Source: an uncultured Gemmataceae bacterium
GTDB lineage: Bacteria; Planctomycetota; Planctomycetia; Gemmatales; Gemmataceae
Assembly: GCA_963750165.1 (NCBI GenBank)
Contig: CAVVPN010000011.1
Span: 1,568,001 to 1,632,000, forward strand
Direction: 5' to 3'
DNA length: 64,000 nucleotides
Position 1 is the stretch's first letter. Each line of letters opens with the position of its first letter. The notes under the pieces are model-generated. The model was given only the letters and a program-made list of their open reading frames with translations. It made no database searches and was not told the DNA's origin. Shown piece by piece: positions 53,037 to 62,847 of this stretch. The translations under genes were made by a program, and so were the position numbers.

Positions 53037-54227
53037 ATGGCAACGGTGAATTTCCTGTGCGCCTTCTGCAACCAGATGATCGCGGTCGGCCGTGACCACC
53101 TCGGCCAACACGTCGAGTGCCCCCACTGCCAGCAGGTCATCCAGGTGCCAGCCGATGCGCCGCCGGCCGACGACATCCCCGCCGCGGCCGTCCTTTCCCC
53201 ACCGGCCGTTGAAGAGAAGGAAGACCTTGCTCACGAGAGCCTCGCGGATCACGGCGACGACATTTTCGGATCCCCGACCGTGGTGATACCGCCAGTCCCC
53301 GAACTGACTTCCCAGGGACCGCCTCCCGATCCAGTGCCGCCGTTGTCCCTGGAACTGCCGCCCCACATTCACGAGCCGGCCCCCGCGCCGCTGGACTTCG
53401 CCGCCGACAGGACCAGCGAGGCCGCGTCGCACGCCACGGATGCCGCCGTGATGGCCGCCCACTCTCTGGACACCACCACCGCTCCGACGGACGCCATGTC
53501 CGAGTTGCCCCGGCCGACCGTCCGCGCGCCGGCCGCACGAGGCGGCTCCCTGGGGGCGTTGCTGCTGATCTTCCTGATCCCGTACGCCGTGGTGAGCAGC
53601 GGCACCATTGTCTACCTGATTTATCTGGTGAACCAGGAACGGAACCGTCCCGCGCCGTTCGACCCGCTGGAGCTGCTGCGGGATCCGGAAAAGGCCGGTC
53701 CGAAGCAGCGCGTCGCCCATGACGAACCGCTGCCGTACAAGCTCACGACGCAGCTGAACAAGGCGCTGACCGTCGGCGAGGTGGAAGTGAAACCGCTGGC
53801 GATCCGGCACAAGGAAGGCCGGCTGCTACTCACGCTCCAACTCCGCAACACTTCCACCGCGAGCGCGTTCAACCCGCTGTCCCCTGTCTTCGTCGAGTTC
53901 GGCGGCCCCGGGAGCAAAAAGCCGTACACCTTTTTGCAGGTCGGTGACGACATCGCCTACGGCGGCACGCTCAGCCTCGAAAAGGAGCCGCCGCGGCCCG
54001 CCGGCAAGCTGTTCGACGGCGTGCTCAAGCCGGGCGAAAGCTGTGTCCTGGTGCTGGAGACGCTGGAGCCGTTCAGGAAGGTCGTGGACCGGGCCGTGCG
54101 CTACCCGGAACCGATGTTGTGGCGCGTGCAGGTGCGGCGCGGGTTTGTTGAGGTGAACAGCCAGGAGGTGCCGGCGACCGCGGTCGTCGGCGTCGAGTTC
54201 AGGAAGAAAGACATCGAGGAGGAGTAG
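53037..54227 (+). CDS. Zinc-ribbon, Pro-rich, single-pass membrane protein
   Basis: CAFC...CPHC N-terminus, Pro-rich linker, one TM helix, beta-rich C-domain. Confidence 0.75.
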   Translation: MATVNFLCAFCNQMIAVGRDHLGQHVECPHCQQVIQVPADAPPADDIPAAAVLSPPAVEEKEDLAHESLADHGDDIFGSPTVVIPPVPELTSQGPPPDPVPPLSLELPPHIHEPAPAPLDFAADRTSEAASHATDAAVMAAHSLDTTTAPTDAMSELPRPTVRAPAARGGSLGALLLIFLIPYAVVSSGTIVYLIYLVNQERNRPAPFDPLELLRDPEKAGPKQRVAHDEPLPYKLTTQLNKALTVGEVEVKPLAIRHKEGRLLLTLQLRNTSTASAFNPLSPVFVEFGGPGSKKPYTFLQVGDDIAYGGTLSLEKEPPRPAGKLFDGVLKPGESCVLVLETLEPFRKVVDRAVRYPEPMLWRVQVRRGFVEVNSQEVPATAVVGVEFRKKDIEEE

Positions 54228-54300
54228 GATTCGGGTCGGAGCCCGAGCCGCCAGCGCGGGGTAGACTCTGCCCCGCGCTGGCGCTCGGGCTCCGACCGGG

Positions 54301-57300
54301 TTACCGCTCCGCCACCGTCTCCGTCACCGCCCCATACGGCCGGAATTTCTCCAGCCGGCCCTGCTCCTCGTTGTAATAGAAGGCCCGGTGCAGCCCGAGC
54401 CGGCTCGCCAGCGGCGAGTCGATCAGCGTGCTGGAGTCGGCGGCGCTCATCTGGAAGAGGACGCGCATTTCCAGTTCGCGCATGGCCTGGCGGTCGAGGC
54501 AGCGCTGCAGGTTGTTCAGCGTGTCGCACCAGACGACCGTGAACACGCCAACCGGCGGCCCTTCGCGCAACAGCGTCACGAACTGCCTGGCGGGGTTCGG
54601 CTTCTCCTCGCCGCGGCGCGAGAAGCCGAAGTCGTCCTCCGCCTTGCGCAGGTCGCGGAAGCGCTGCAGGCCGTTGATGAACAGGAATTGAGGCGGCGCG
54701 TTCATCTCCCCATTCTTGTGCCGCCGGTCCACCTCGGCCGCCAGTTCGCCGATGACCGTGGGCAACTCGCGTGCCCCAGCCAGGAGCACGGGCAGCCCGT
54801 GCAACAGCCGCTCCTCCGCCCCATCGGTCCCGACGTCCGCGGTCAGACCGCCCAGGACATGGAAGCGCAGGCCGCTCTCCGGGGTGCCGTTCGCCAGCAG
54901 CGGCTGGTGCGCGGCCAGACTGAGCAGGGCGCTGGTGAGCAGGTTGGCCGCCGCCTCCGCGTGTTGACCGATCAGCAGCAGGTTGGCCCCGCTCTGGCGG
55001 CGAAACACCGCGGCGGTCGGATCCTTGATGGCGATGGCCTCGCCGAGCCAGGCGACCAGCTCGCCCGGGCGCCGGGCCAGGAATGCCGTTCGCGCAGCTG
55101 CGCCAGCAGCGGATTGTTGGCCAGCTCCGCGGGGGCCGTGCCCTCAAAAACGATCTGCGGCCGGGACGGCGTGTAGCCGCGTTCCCGGGCCAGGTCGCGC
55201 ACATCGCGCAGCGCCTGCTCGTGCTGCGTGTCGGACAGCCAGACGGTCTGGAACAGATGGTTGCCCTCGACCCGGCCGTTGGCGTCGTTGTAAATGGCCT
55301 CACCGGGTCGCTCCAGCAGCCGGGCCGCTCCGTTTTCCTTGCTCAGAATCAGGTGGCCGTCCGTTTCGCTGCACTGCAGGGCGATGCGCACCGCCATCTG
55401 GTCGATGGTGCTGCGGGCCAGGCTGTAGGCGCCGCCCAGCGTCTGCGAGCCCAGCAAGATGTGGATGCCGAACGCCCGACCCTGCCGCACCAGGCGATCC
55501 AGCAGCAGCGCCGCCTCCTGGGCGATCTTGTCGTCCTCGACGAAGAACTCCTGGAACTCGTCCACAACCAGCAGGACGCGCGGCATCGGCGTCGTCGGCT
55601 GCTCGTGTCGATAGGAGCTAAGGTCGTTCACGCCGAGGCCGCGAAACAGTTCGCCGCGCCGCTTTAGCTCGGCGTCGAGCCGTTGCAGCACGCTCAGGCC
55701 GAACTCGCGTTCGCTCTCCACGGCGATGACGCGGGCGTGCGGCAGTGCGTGGACCGCATAGGTCTTGAACTCGACGCCCTTCTTGAAGTCCACCAGATAC
55801 AGCTCGACTTCTTCCGGGCTGTAGTACAGCGCCAGCTGAGTGATGAGCGCGTGCAGCAGCGTGGATTTTCCGGAGCCGGTCTTGCCGGCAATGAGCACGT
55901 GCTGTGAGGTGCCCTGGCCGAGTTGCAAGTATTGCTGCTTGACGGCCCCCGCACGGCCGAGCGGCACACGGAGGCCGTCGCGGCTGTCGGCCGTCCAGCG
56001 CTTCTCCAGCGGCGGCGCCAGCAGATCGAACGGCACCTCCACGCGGCCCGCCGCCTTGGCCTTCTCGCCGACCACGCGCAGCAGGTCCGTCGTGAACTCG
56101 TCCGTGGCCGGCTTTTCCAGCTGCAACGGGAAGCGGCGGTAGTCGTCATCCTCCCAGGCGAAGGCGCCGTTGCGCCAGACCAGCGTCGTGGCCGCTTGCT
56201 CCAGGTCGGCCAGTTGAAAGCCCTGCGGCAGCGGCTGCTTCAGGTCCACCGAGATCAGTGTGTGGATACCGCAGCGGGCGCCGCTCGACGCAATGCTGAC
56301 CAGTCGCCGCGCCGCCTCGGGGCTGAAGTTCACCGGGAAGTTGGCCACAACCACAACACGGTACGGCTCGGCCACCTCGCCGGCCTGCTCGTTGTACTCG
56401 CGCAGCGACTGGAACTGGTTCCGCAGAAATTGCTGGATGACGTTCTCGATGTGGGCCGTCAGGTCGGCCAGGCGCTGCTCAATGTGGGCCGTCTCGGTCC
56501 AGACGCGGCTGGTCACCAGCGACTCGACGTAATCCGCCAGGTGGCCGAAGGCGGCGAAATTCTCGCCGAGGCCAACGGGGTCGAAGATGGTGAAGCGCAC
56601 CTTGCCGGGCGGCAGGGCGGTCAGGTAGCGGAGCATGACCGCTTGCAGCGTCTGCACCGCGACGGCCCGGCCCTCGTCGCAGCCCTTGAGCAGCAGTGAG
56701 CCGTGATCGGGGAAGCCCAGCAGCGCTGACAGCGGCCTGTCCGGAAACTCGATTTTGCGCAGCCGGGGATCGCGCGGCACGCCGTCGGGGATGCGCTCCA
56801 GGCCGGCGCGGATTTCGCCGAAGCGGATGCCCAGCGGCACGGTTTCGGGCGGCTTCCAGGTCTGCCACACGGGATCCGACCAGGCGGGGAACAGGCGTCC
56901 GCAGTCGCGCTCGACCTCCTGCATGACGGCCAGGAACGACGCCAGCCCCGTCTCCCAGCGCAACGTCAACTGCTGCCAGTCGCGCTCGTGCCGGCGGCGG
57001 CTGTCCTCCAGCAGGCGGTCGCGCCGCTGCGTTGCCTGGGCCAGGTGCTCGTCGCGGCGGGTGGTCGCCTTGTCGCGCGTCTGCTGCAACTTCTCCTCCG
57101 TCTGGCGCAGTTCCTGATCGCGACGCTGGACCAGATCGTACAGGCACGGCGGGTATTTTTCCTCCGCCTGGCCCAGATCGCGGTCGCGGCGCTGGGTGCA
57201 ATCCTGGACGCGGCCCTTGTACTTGCGCGTCGCCGTCGCCAGCGCCTCGTCGCGCTTCTCCTTTGCCTCCACCAGTTGGGCGTACTGCCGGGCGGTCGCC

Positions 57301-58178
57301 TGCTCCAGACACTTCGGCTGATACGCCAGCGCGTCCGCCACGACCTGGCGCAGCGGTCGGTAGCGCTCGGTCACTTCGCGCCGGGCCTTGCGGCGCAGCC
57401 AGACGTGCAGCCCGAACGCTGTCAGCGGCACCAGCACGGTCGCCCCGGCCGCCCAGTAATACCACCAGTCAATTCCCCCCTGCAGGAGCAAGAACGCGGG
57501 CCCCGTCAACACCAGCCATGCCAGCACGGACAGGGGCAGATAGCGGCTCTTCTTCACGTACCCCGGCAGGCGGAGTTCGTTCAGCAATTCCAGCTGTTCC
57601 CCGGCGGTCGTGGCGCACTGCTGGATGGCCTTCAACCAGTCCCGCGCCGGCGGCGGCTCGGTCGGTTCGATCTCCGCCAACTCCGACAGGTGCCAGCGGG
57701 CCAGCAAGCGGCCGGCCGACTCGCGGATGGTTTCCAGCTCCTGCAGGGCGGTGCCGACCGCGCGCTGCACCGCGACCAGGCCATCCTTCGCCACCTTCTT
57801 GCCGGCCTCGTAGACGGCGCCAATCGTCCATTTCGCATCCTTGAACTCCGCCTCCGTTTTCTCCTTTTCCCGGTCGAACAACTCCTCGGCCTTCTGGCGG
57901 ACGGCGGCGTACTCGCGGCTCAGGGCGGCGTGCTCCTGCTCGAAGCGCCGCGTGGTCGCCTGCGTGGTTTCCTGGTGCTCCTTCTGGGCGGCGGTCGTCT
58001 CGGCGGCGAACAGCGACTGGATGCGGCGCTGCCCGTCCTGGAACTCGCGCTCGACGGCCTGGGTACGGGCCTGCACGGCCTCCTCGGCGGCGGCCTCGGC
58101 GCGGACACGCTCCGCCACCCACTGCGTCAGCTCCTTGAGGGCGGTGCGCTGGCGATCACTGTAGAGGTGTTTGGACAT
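54301..58178 (-). CDS. FtsK/SpoIIIE-domain ATPase (EssC/EccC-like), ~1290 aa (frameshift ~55070)
   Basis: Start MSKHLYSDRQR at 58178. Coiled coil, 2 TM helices, HVLIAGKTGSGKST, DFKKGVEF, VVDEFQ, RQGRAFGIHILLGSQ. Degenerate first and third ATPase-like domains. Confidence 0.9.
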
Positions 58179-58231
58179 GAACTCCTGACCTGCTGAATGC
58201 GCTGTCTCCGCGGCGGCTGTCTTAAAGCGAT

Positions 58232-58312
58232 TGGCCCTCCGGGGTAGCGGAAGTCTGGCGACTTCCGAAGCGACTTCGGAAGTCTGGCGACTTCCGCTAC
58301 CCCGGAGGGCCA
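58232..58312. repeat. Nested palindromic (REP-like) element inside the WXG100/FtsK operon
   Basis: Outer 24-bp inverted repeat TGGCCCTCCGGGGTAGCGGAAGTC / GACTTCCGCTACCCCGGAGGGCCA enclosing repeated CGGAAGTCTGGCGACTTCCG units. Confidence 0.8.
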
Positions 58313-58318
58313 CGCTCT

Positions 58319-58546
58319 CTAATACTCGCCGCCCCCCTGACACTCCTGCCGCAGCCTGCCGATCACCTGCGCCAGCTTCTCCAGCGCCGACAGCGCCTGC
58401 ATCACCCCAGGCTCCAGCTGGTTCCAGTAATCGGCCTCGAACTCGCGGCGCACCGGGTCGTTCCACAGCCGACAGGTTTCGTCCCAGTGCAGCAGCACGG
58501 TCTTCAGGGTGGAGTGCAGCTGGTAACGGCTGGTTTCGAGGCTCAC
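58319..58546 (-). CDS. Small WXG100-like helical hairpin protein (WxD)
   Basis: GTG start overlapping the upstream stop; 75 aa with central WNDPVRREF. Confidence 0.72.
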   Translation of the reverse strand: MSLETSRYQLHSTLKTVLLHWDETCRLWNDPVRREFEADYWNQLEPGVMQALSALEKLAQVIGRLRQECQGGGEY

Positions 58547-59037
58547 GGCTTCGGCCCCTGGTTGCGGGACAGGTACGAATCCAACGACGCCAGTTTCCGC
58601 TCCAGGAACGCGCACGCCCGCGGCAGCGTGCCTTCGAGCATCCCCTTCAACTGCCCGACCGGCCCCTGGTAGTCGAGCACCGCCTGCGGCCACTGTCGCA
58701 ACCAGCGCCGCGTGATCTCCACCTGCTCCTCGGCGTGCTCCAGCCGGGCGACGGCGCGGCGCAGCGCCTTCTCCTGCTCGGTCGTGTCCACCGGCCGGTC
58801 GTCGAAGCTGAGCATCTTGCGGCGCGTCAGCTCCTGTTTGGCCTGGAACACCGCGTCCTCGGCGCGGCGCACCTCCTGCTGCCAGGACTTCAACTGCTCC
58901 TCAAGAAACTCCTCGGTGCGGCGGACCTCGGCGTCGGCGGCGCACAGCGCGTCCGCGGCCTCCTCACCAAAGACAACGAGGGCCGCCCGGAAATCGTTGA
59001 TGGCGTCCACCGCCGTGACACGTGCCGCGTCGCTCAT
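58543..59037 (-). CDS. Coiled-coil protein of the WXG100/FtsK operon
   Basis: MSDAARVTAVDAINDFRAAL...; 164 aa, helical; N-terminus resembles the WXG100 start. Confidence 0.78.
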   Translation of the reverse strand: MSDAARVTAVDAINDFRAALVVFGEEAADALCAADAEVRRTEEFLEEQLKSWQQEVRRAEDAVFQAKQELTRRKMLSFDDRPVDTTEQEKALRRAVARLEHAEEQVEITRRWLRQWPQAVLDYQGPVGQLKGMLEGTLPRACAFLERKLASLDSYLSRNQGPKP

Positions 59038-59044
59038 GATGGGC

Positions 59045-59317
59045 CTACCGTTGTTGCAGGTACTCCTCGACCCGTTCGGCCTTGCGGAGCAGGAAGGGGA
59101 TGTGCTGGTCAGCGTTCTCGACGAAGGCCGCCAAAACGTGCATGGTTTCTTCAAAGTCCTGGGCGAATTTCGTGTGCTCCTGGTCGCGCCAGGTGTCGCC
59201 CAGGCCGAGCATCTGGCCGTGCAGCATCGCCATGCGGTCGCGCAGTTCGTTGTTGAACTGCTTCAGCGCCAGCGCGAAGCGCCGCAGTTCGGCCGGATCG
59301 ACTACCGCTTGTGCCAT
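59045..59317 (-). CDS. WXG100 family (ESAT-6-like) protein with central WRD
   Basis: MAQAVVDPAELRRFA...LGDTWRDQEHTKF; 90 aa. Confidence 0.88.
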   Translation of the reverse strand: MAQAVVDPAELRRFALALKQFNNELRDRMAMLHGQMLGLGDTWRDQEHTKFAQDFEETMHVLAAFVENADQHIPFLLRKAERVEEYLQQR

Positions 59318-59494
59318 GAACCCCTCGCTGTGCCGTGAGCCCTGGTTGCCGGGGCGACTACCCCTCCATTGTTGCGACCGGGGCCGATGGCTTCAAGGAC
59401 AAAGGGCGGCCGGGCCCTCTCCCGCGCCGTATCGTGACGGACGGCCCCAGGAACCGTTACCCGGATCGGCAGCGCTCCCACCGAGACCAAGCGC

Positions 59495-62014
59495 ATGAAC
59501 TACACGCAGCAAATGGCCTGGATCAAGTTGCGCGAAACGCAGCGGCAGCGCGACCGGCTGCAACAACAGTATGACGCCATCGAGCAGCGCGTGGCCCGTG
59601 CCGACTCCACGCTGGACCGGCTGCGGGCACTGTACCAGGGGCTGCGCGAGGTGACCTTCGCCCAGAAGGCGCTGCACCCGGAGGTCCGCCAGCTCGACGC
59701 GCTGTACCTGGCCGACGAACTGGGCGAAGTGCCGCCGGAACTCGTCGCCGACCGGACCCGGTTTCTGGAGCGCGAGCTGGCGCAGGGCCGCATGCGCGCC
59801 GAATTCACCTACGCCTTCGGCCGCATCCTCAGCGAATGGACCGGCCGCGGCGCCGGCGAAGCCGCGGCGCTGGCGGAGCCGGCGGAGGACCCGTTTGCCC
59901 CGATGTGGGGGCCGCCGCCCGCCCTCGACCACACCTGGCTGCGACTCGCGTTCGAGGCACTGGGCGAAGTCCTCCGGCCGATCACCGCCGCGGTCGAAAC
60001 CTTCGCGCGGACCGACGCCCTCGCCCCCGTGCGGACTGACGAGATCCCGCCGGTCCTGGCCCGGCTGGCCGCCGACCCGTACCTCACACCGGCGCTCCGC
60101 CGCCAGGCCGCCGAGGCGCAACGCAGCGGCACCCAGCTCACCGAACTGACCGGCGTCGCCACCATCCTGCTCAACAGCCTCGACGAGTGGGACTGGCCCG
60201 AACCGGGCCCGGCGCTGCGCGCGGTCTGGGTCCGCGTCAAGCACCGGCCGTACCTCGATGAGGATTTGCTCACCGCCCTGTTCCTGGAGATCGTCGGACT
60301 GCGCTGGGCCCGGAAGTTCGAGGAGCTGCTCTGCTGGAAGGACCTCCGCGAAGGCCGCGAACCGTTCTTCCGGCCGGAGCCGGCGGGTTCGCTCACGGCG
60401 GAGATCGCGGCCGAGCGACTGCGGCAGCAGGCCGAGCGCTTCCTGGCCAGCCTGCCCACCGCCCAGGACCCGCACGCCAACTACAACGCTTACACCCTGC
60501 TGGACCTGCTCCTGACGGTCGAAAAAGAAATCCGCTTCGCCCAGGCGGCCTACCCCGACCGGCCGTTGTTCGTGGCCCAGGCGGACCTGCGCGACTATTA
60601 CCCCTCGCTGTCCCACGAACTGATTCTGGAGGTGCTGCGCCGGCTCGGCGTCCCCGAGCGCTGGCGGTCGTTCTTCGGCAAGTTCCTGCGCCTGCGCGTG
60701 CGCTACCGCGGTGAGACGCGGCCACTCCGCCACGGTCTGCCGCTGGACCACGCCTTGACCGACCTGTTCGGCGATTGCGTGTTGTGGGTTCTCGACCTGC
60801 ACGTCTACCGGCAAACGGGCGTGCAGCTCCTGCGCACCGTCGATGACATGTTCTTCCTCACCGACTCCGCGGAGCAGGTACGGGCCGTGTGGGACACGAT
60901 TCAGGCGTTTTGCCGGGCGTGCGGCCTCGCGGTCAACGAAGCGAAATCCGGGGCGGTTCACCTGGGCGGTCGGCCGGGGGAAGGGATCGCGGGGCTGCCG
61001 CCGGGCGGGCCGCGCTGGGGGCTGCTACGTCTGCAGCCGGACGGCTCCTGGGAGGTGGACGAGGCGGCCCTGGGGCAACTGGAGGAGACGCTCCGCCGCG
61101 AGGCGGCCGCGAGCCGGTCCGTGCTGTCGCTGGTGGCGCGTTACAACAGTTACCTGCAATACATCCTCGGCCAACTGGCTCTGCCGGTGACGCTGCGCGG
61201 CGATCACCTGCGCCGCGTCGGCCGCCGGCTCAACCGAATGCACGAGGGGCTGTTCGGGCCGCGGGACGGGCTGGTTGAGGAGGTGGGCCGTCGGCTGCGC
61301 GACTGCTTCGCCGACGCCCGGCTCAAGGAGCGCGGCCTGCCGCACGCGCTGCTGTACTGGCCGATCACCGCCGGTGGCCTGGCGCTGGCGCACCCGCTAC
61401 TGCACGTCGCCTCGTACCTCAACGGCCACAAACAGTGGCAGGGGCCGCGACCGCCGCGGCGTGAGGAAGTCGCCGCCTACCTGTGGGGCCGCCAGGCGGA
61501 CGCGCGCAAATCGCCGCTGGCGGGACCGGAACGGGCCAGGTTGACTGCCCCCGACGACGAGGCGCACGTCGCCTACTGGCGCAGGGTGGTGGAGCAGTAC
61601 CAGCGTGCCCGGCTCCAGGGGACCGACCGGGACCTGCCGGAACAGGAGGAAGTGGACGTGGCCCTGGCGTGGGCGTGGGCCTGGTACTACGCGATCGCCG
61701 TGGGCGTGACCAATCCCACCGGGCCGCCAACGCTGGACGCGATGGAACAGCTCGTCAAGGACTTCATCGAGCGCGGCAGCGAGGTGTCCGGCCGCGGCCA
61801 GGTCAGCCTCAGCTCGTACTGGCGCTGGGTGGTCTACACCTACGGGCCGTCACTGCTGGAGGCACTGGGCACGTTCCGCTTCCTGCTCACCGAACTGGTG
61901 CCGCTGCAGCTCATCTTGGAGAATCGTGGCCTGGCGGCGCCGGCGGAATCGGTGGAGCCCGAACCGCCGTCAGTGCCTTCCCCGGGAGTGCAACCTGGCG
62001 AAATCCCGTTCTGA
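59495..62014 (+). CDS. rvt: Reverse transcriptase-related protein, rvt-like (839 aa)
   Basis: RT motifs QADLRDYYPSLSH, HGLPLDHALTDLFGD, LLRTVDDMFF, GLAVNEAKSG, RWGLL. N-terminal coiled coil; C-terminal WPITAGGL and YWRWVVYTYG. Confidence 0.8.
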   Translation: MNYTQQMAWIKLRETQRQRDRLQQQYDAIEQRVARADSTLDRLRALYQGLREVTFAQKALHPEVRQLDALYLADELGEVPPELVADRTRFLERELAQGRMRAEFTYAFGRILSEWTGRGAGEAAALAEPAEDPFAPMWGPPPALDHTWLRLAFEALGEVLRPITAAVETFARTDALAPVRTDEIPPVLARLAADPYLTPALRRQAAEAQRSGTQLTELTGVATILLNSLDEWDWPEPGPALRAVWVRVKHRPYLDEDLLTALFLEIVGLRWARKFEELLCWKDLREGREPFFRPEPAGSLTAEIAAERLRQQAERFLASLPTAQDPHANYNAYTLLDLLLTVEKEIRFAQAAYPDRPLFVAQADLRDYYPSLSHELILEVLRRLGVPERWRSFFGKFLRLRVRYRGETRPLRHGLPLDHALTDLFGDCVLWVLDLHVYRQTGVQLLRTVDDMFFLTDSAEQVRAVWDTIQAFCRACGLAVNEAKSGAVHLGGRPGEGIAGLPPGGPRWGLLRLQPDGSWEVDEAALGQLEETLRREAAASRSVLSLVARYNSYLQYILGQLALPVTLRGDHLRRVGRRLNRMHEGLFGPRDGLVEEVGRRLRDCFADARLKERGLPHALLYWPITAGGLALAHPLLHVASYLNGHKQWQGPRPPRREEVAAYLWGRQADARKSPLAGPERARLTAPDDEAHVAYWRRVVEQYQRARLQGTDRDLPEQEEVDVALAWAWAWYYAIAVGVTNPTGPPTLDAMEQLVKDFIERGSEVSGRGQVSLSSYWRWVVYTYGPSLLEALGTFRFLLTELVPLQLILENRGLAAPAESVEPEPPSVPSPGVQPGEIPF

Positions 62015-62025
62015 TGGCGTCTCTC

Positions 62026-62847
62026 TCACGGCACTCGCGTCGGCCGGACTCCCGCTTTCTGGAACACGGGTTCCAGGCGCTTCGACAACTCGGCGAGGTG
62101 ATGGCTCGGCACGCCCGGGTAGAGGTGATGTTCGAGGTGGTACGTCAGCTCCAGGAACAGCGCGGGAATGATCCATCCCCGGAGGGTGCCGGTCTGGTGC
62201 AACGGATGGTCCCCGTAGCCGTGGTGTGGCAGGTAAACCGTCAACAGCGGATAGACCCAGCTGCCGACCAGGACCAGCCCCGCATACGCGCCGACTGCCT
62301 TTGTCCACGGCCAGCACAGGGCGCCGGCTACCATCACCCCCAGACACCAGCCCGCCTCCAGCAGCAGCCAGCACTGTTGCGGCCGGTTGCCGCGCTGCCG
62401 GCGATACGCCCAGACCCACAAACGCGGCAGAAAAACCACGCCGTAAAGCACTGCCTGACCAAAACGCATCCGGGCCGGGGCGCCCTCGGGGTCGTCCGCG
62501 CCGGGGAAAACCTGATGATGGCGGAGGTGCGTGCAGCGGTAAGCATGGCCACTTTCCAGCAGCACCGCGCCCAAAACGAACAGCCACCAGTCGGTCGCCC
62601 GCGCCCCCAGTCCCAGGCTGCCGTGAACCACGTCATGCGTCGCCGTCACCACGGCCACGAAAAGCAAAAACACCACCAACGGCGTCAGCCACCACAATTC
62701 CCAGTACGCAACCGCCGCGTAAACCGCCAACAGCACTAACGGTCGGGTCAGGGCCAGCCGCCGCTGTCGGGCACTGGTCGTGAGCAGATCGGTTCCCAGA
62801 GCGGCCAGGGGCGGCAATGCCGGGTCAACGCTGTTCGGCCGCGTCAT
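62026..62847 (-). CDS. Membrane fatty acid desaturase / carotenoid hydroxylase-like protein
   Basis: His boxes HDVVH, HLRHH, HLEHH. Confidence 0.88.
   Translation of the reverse strand: MTRPNSVDPALPPLAALGTDLLTTSARQRRLALTRPLVLLAVYAAVAYWELWWLTPLVVFLLFVAVVTATHDVVHGSLGLGARATDWWLFVLGAVLLESGHAYRCTHLRHHQVFPGADDPEGAPARMRFGQAVLYGVVFLPRLWVWAYRRQRGNRPQQCWLLLEAGWCLGVMVAGALCWPWTKAVGAYAGLVLVGSWVYPLLTVYLPHHGYGDHPLHQTGTLRGWIIPALFLELTYHLEHHLYPGVPSHHLAELSKRLEPVFQKAGVRPTRVP

Noticed and set aside
59318..62025. RT as retron, DGR or group II intron
   Set aside because: I saw no msr-msd inverted repeats or VTG motif, no TR/VR pair, and no intron domain V/VI or maturase signature. The flanks are too short.
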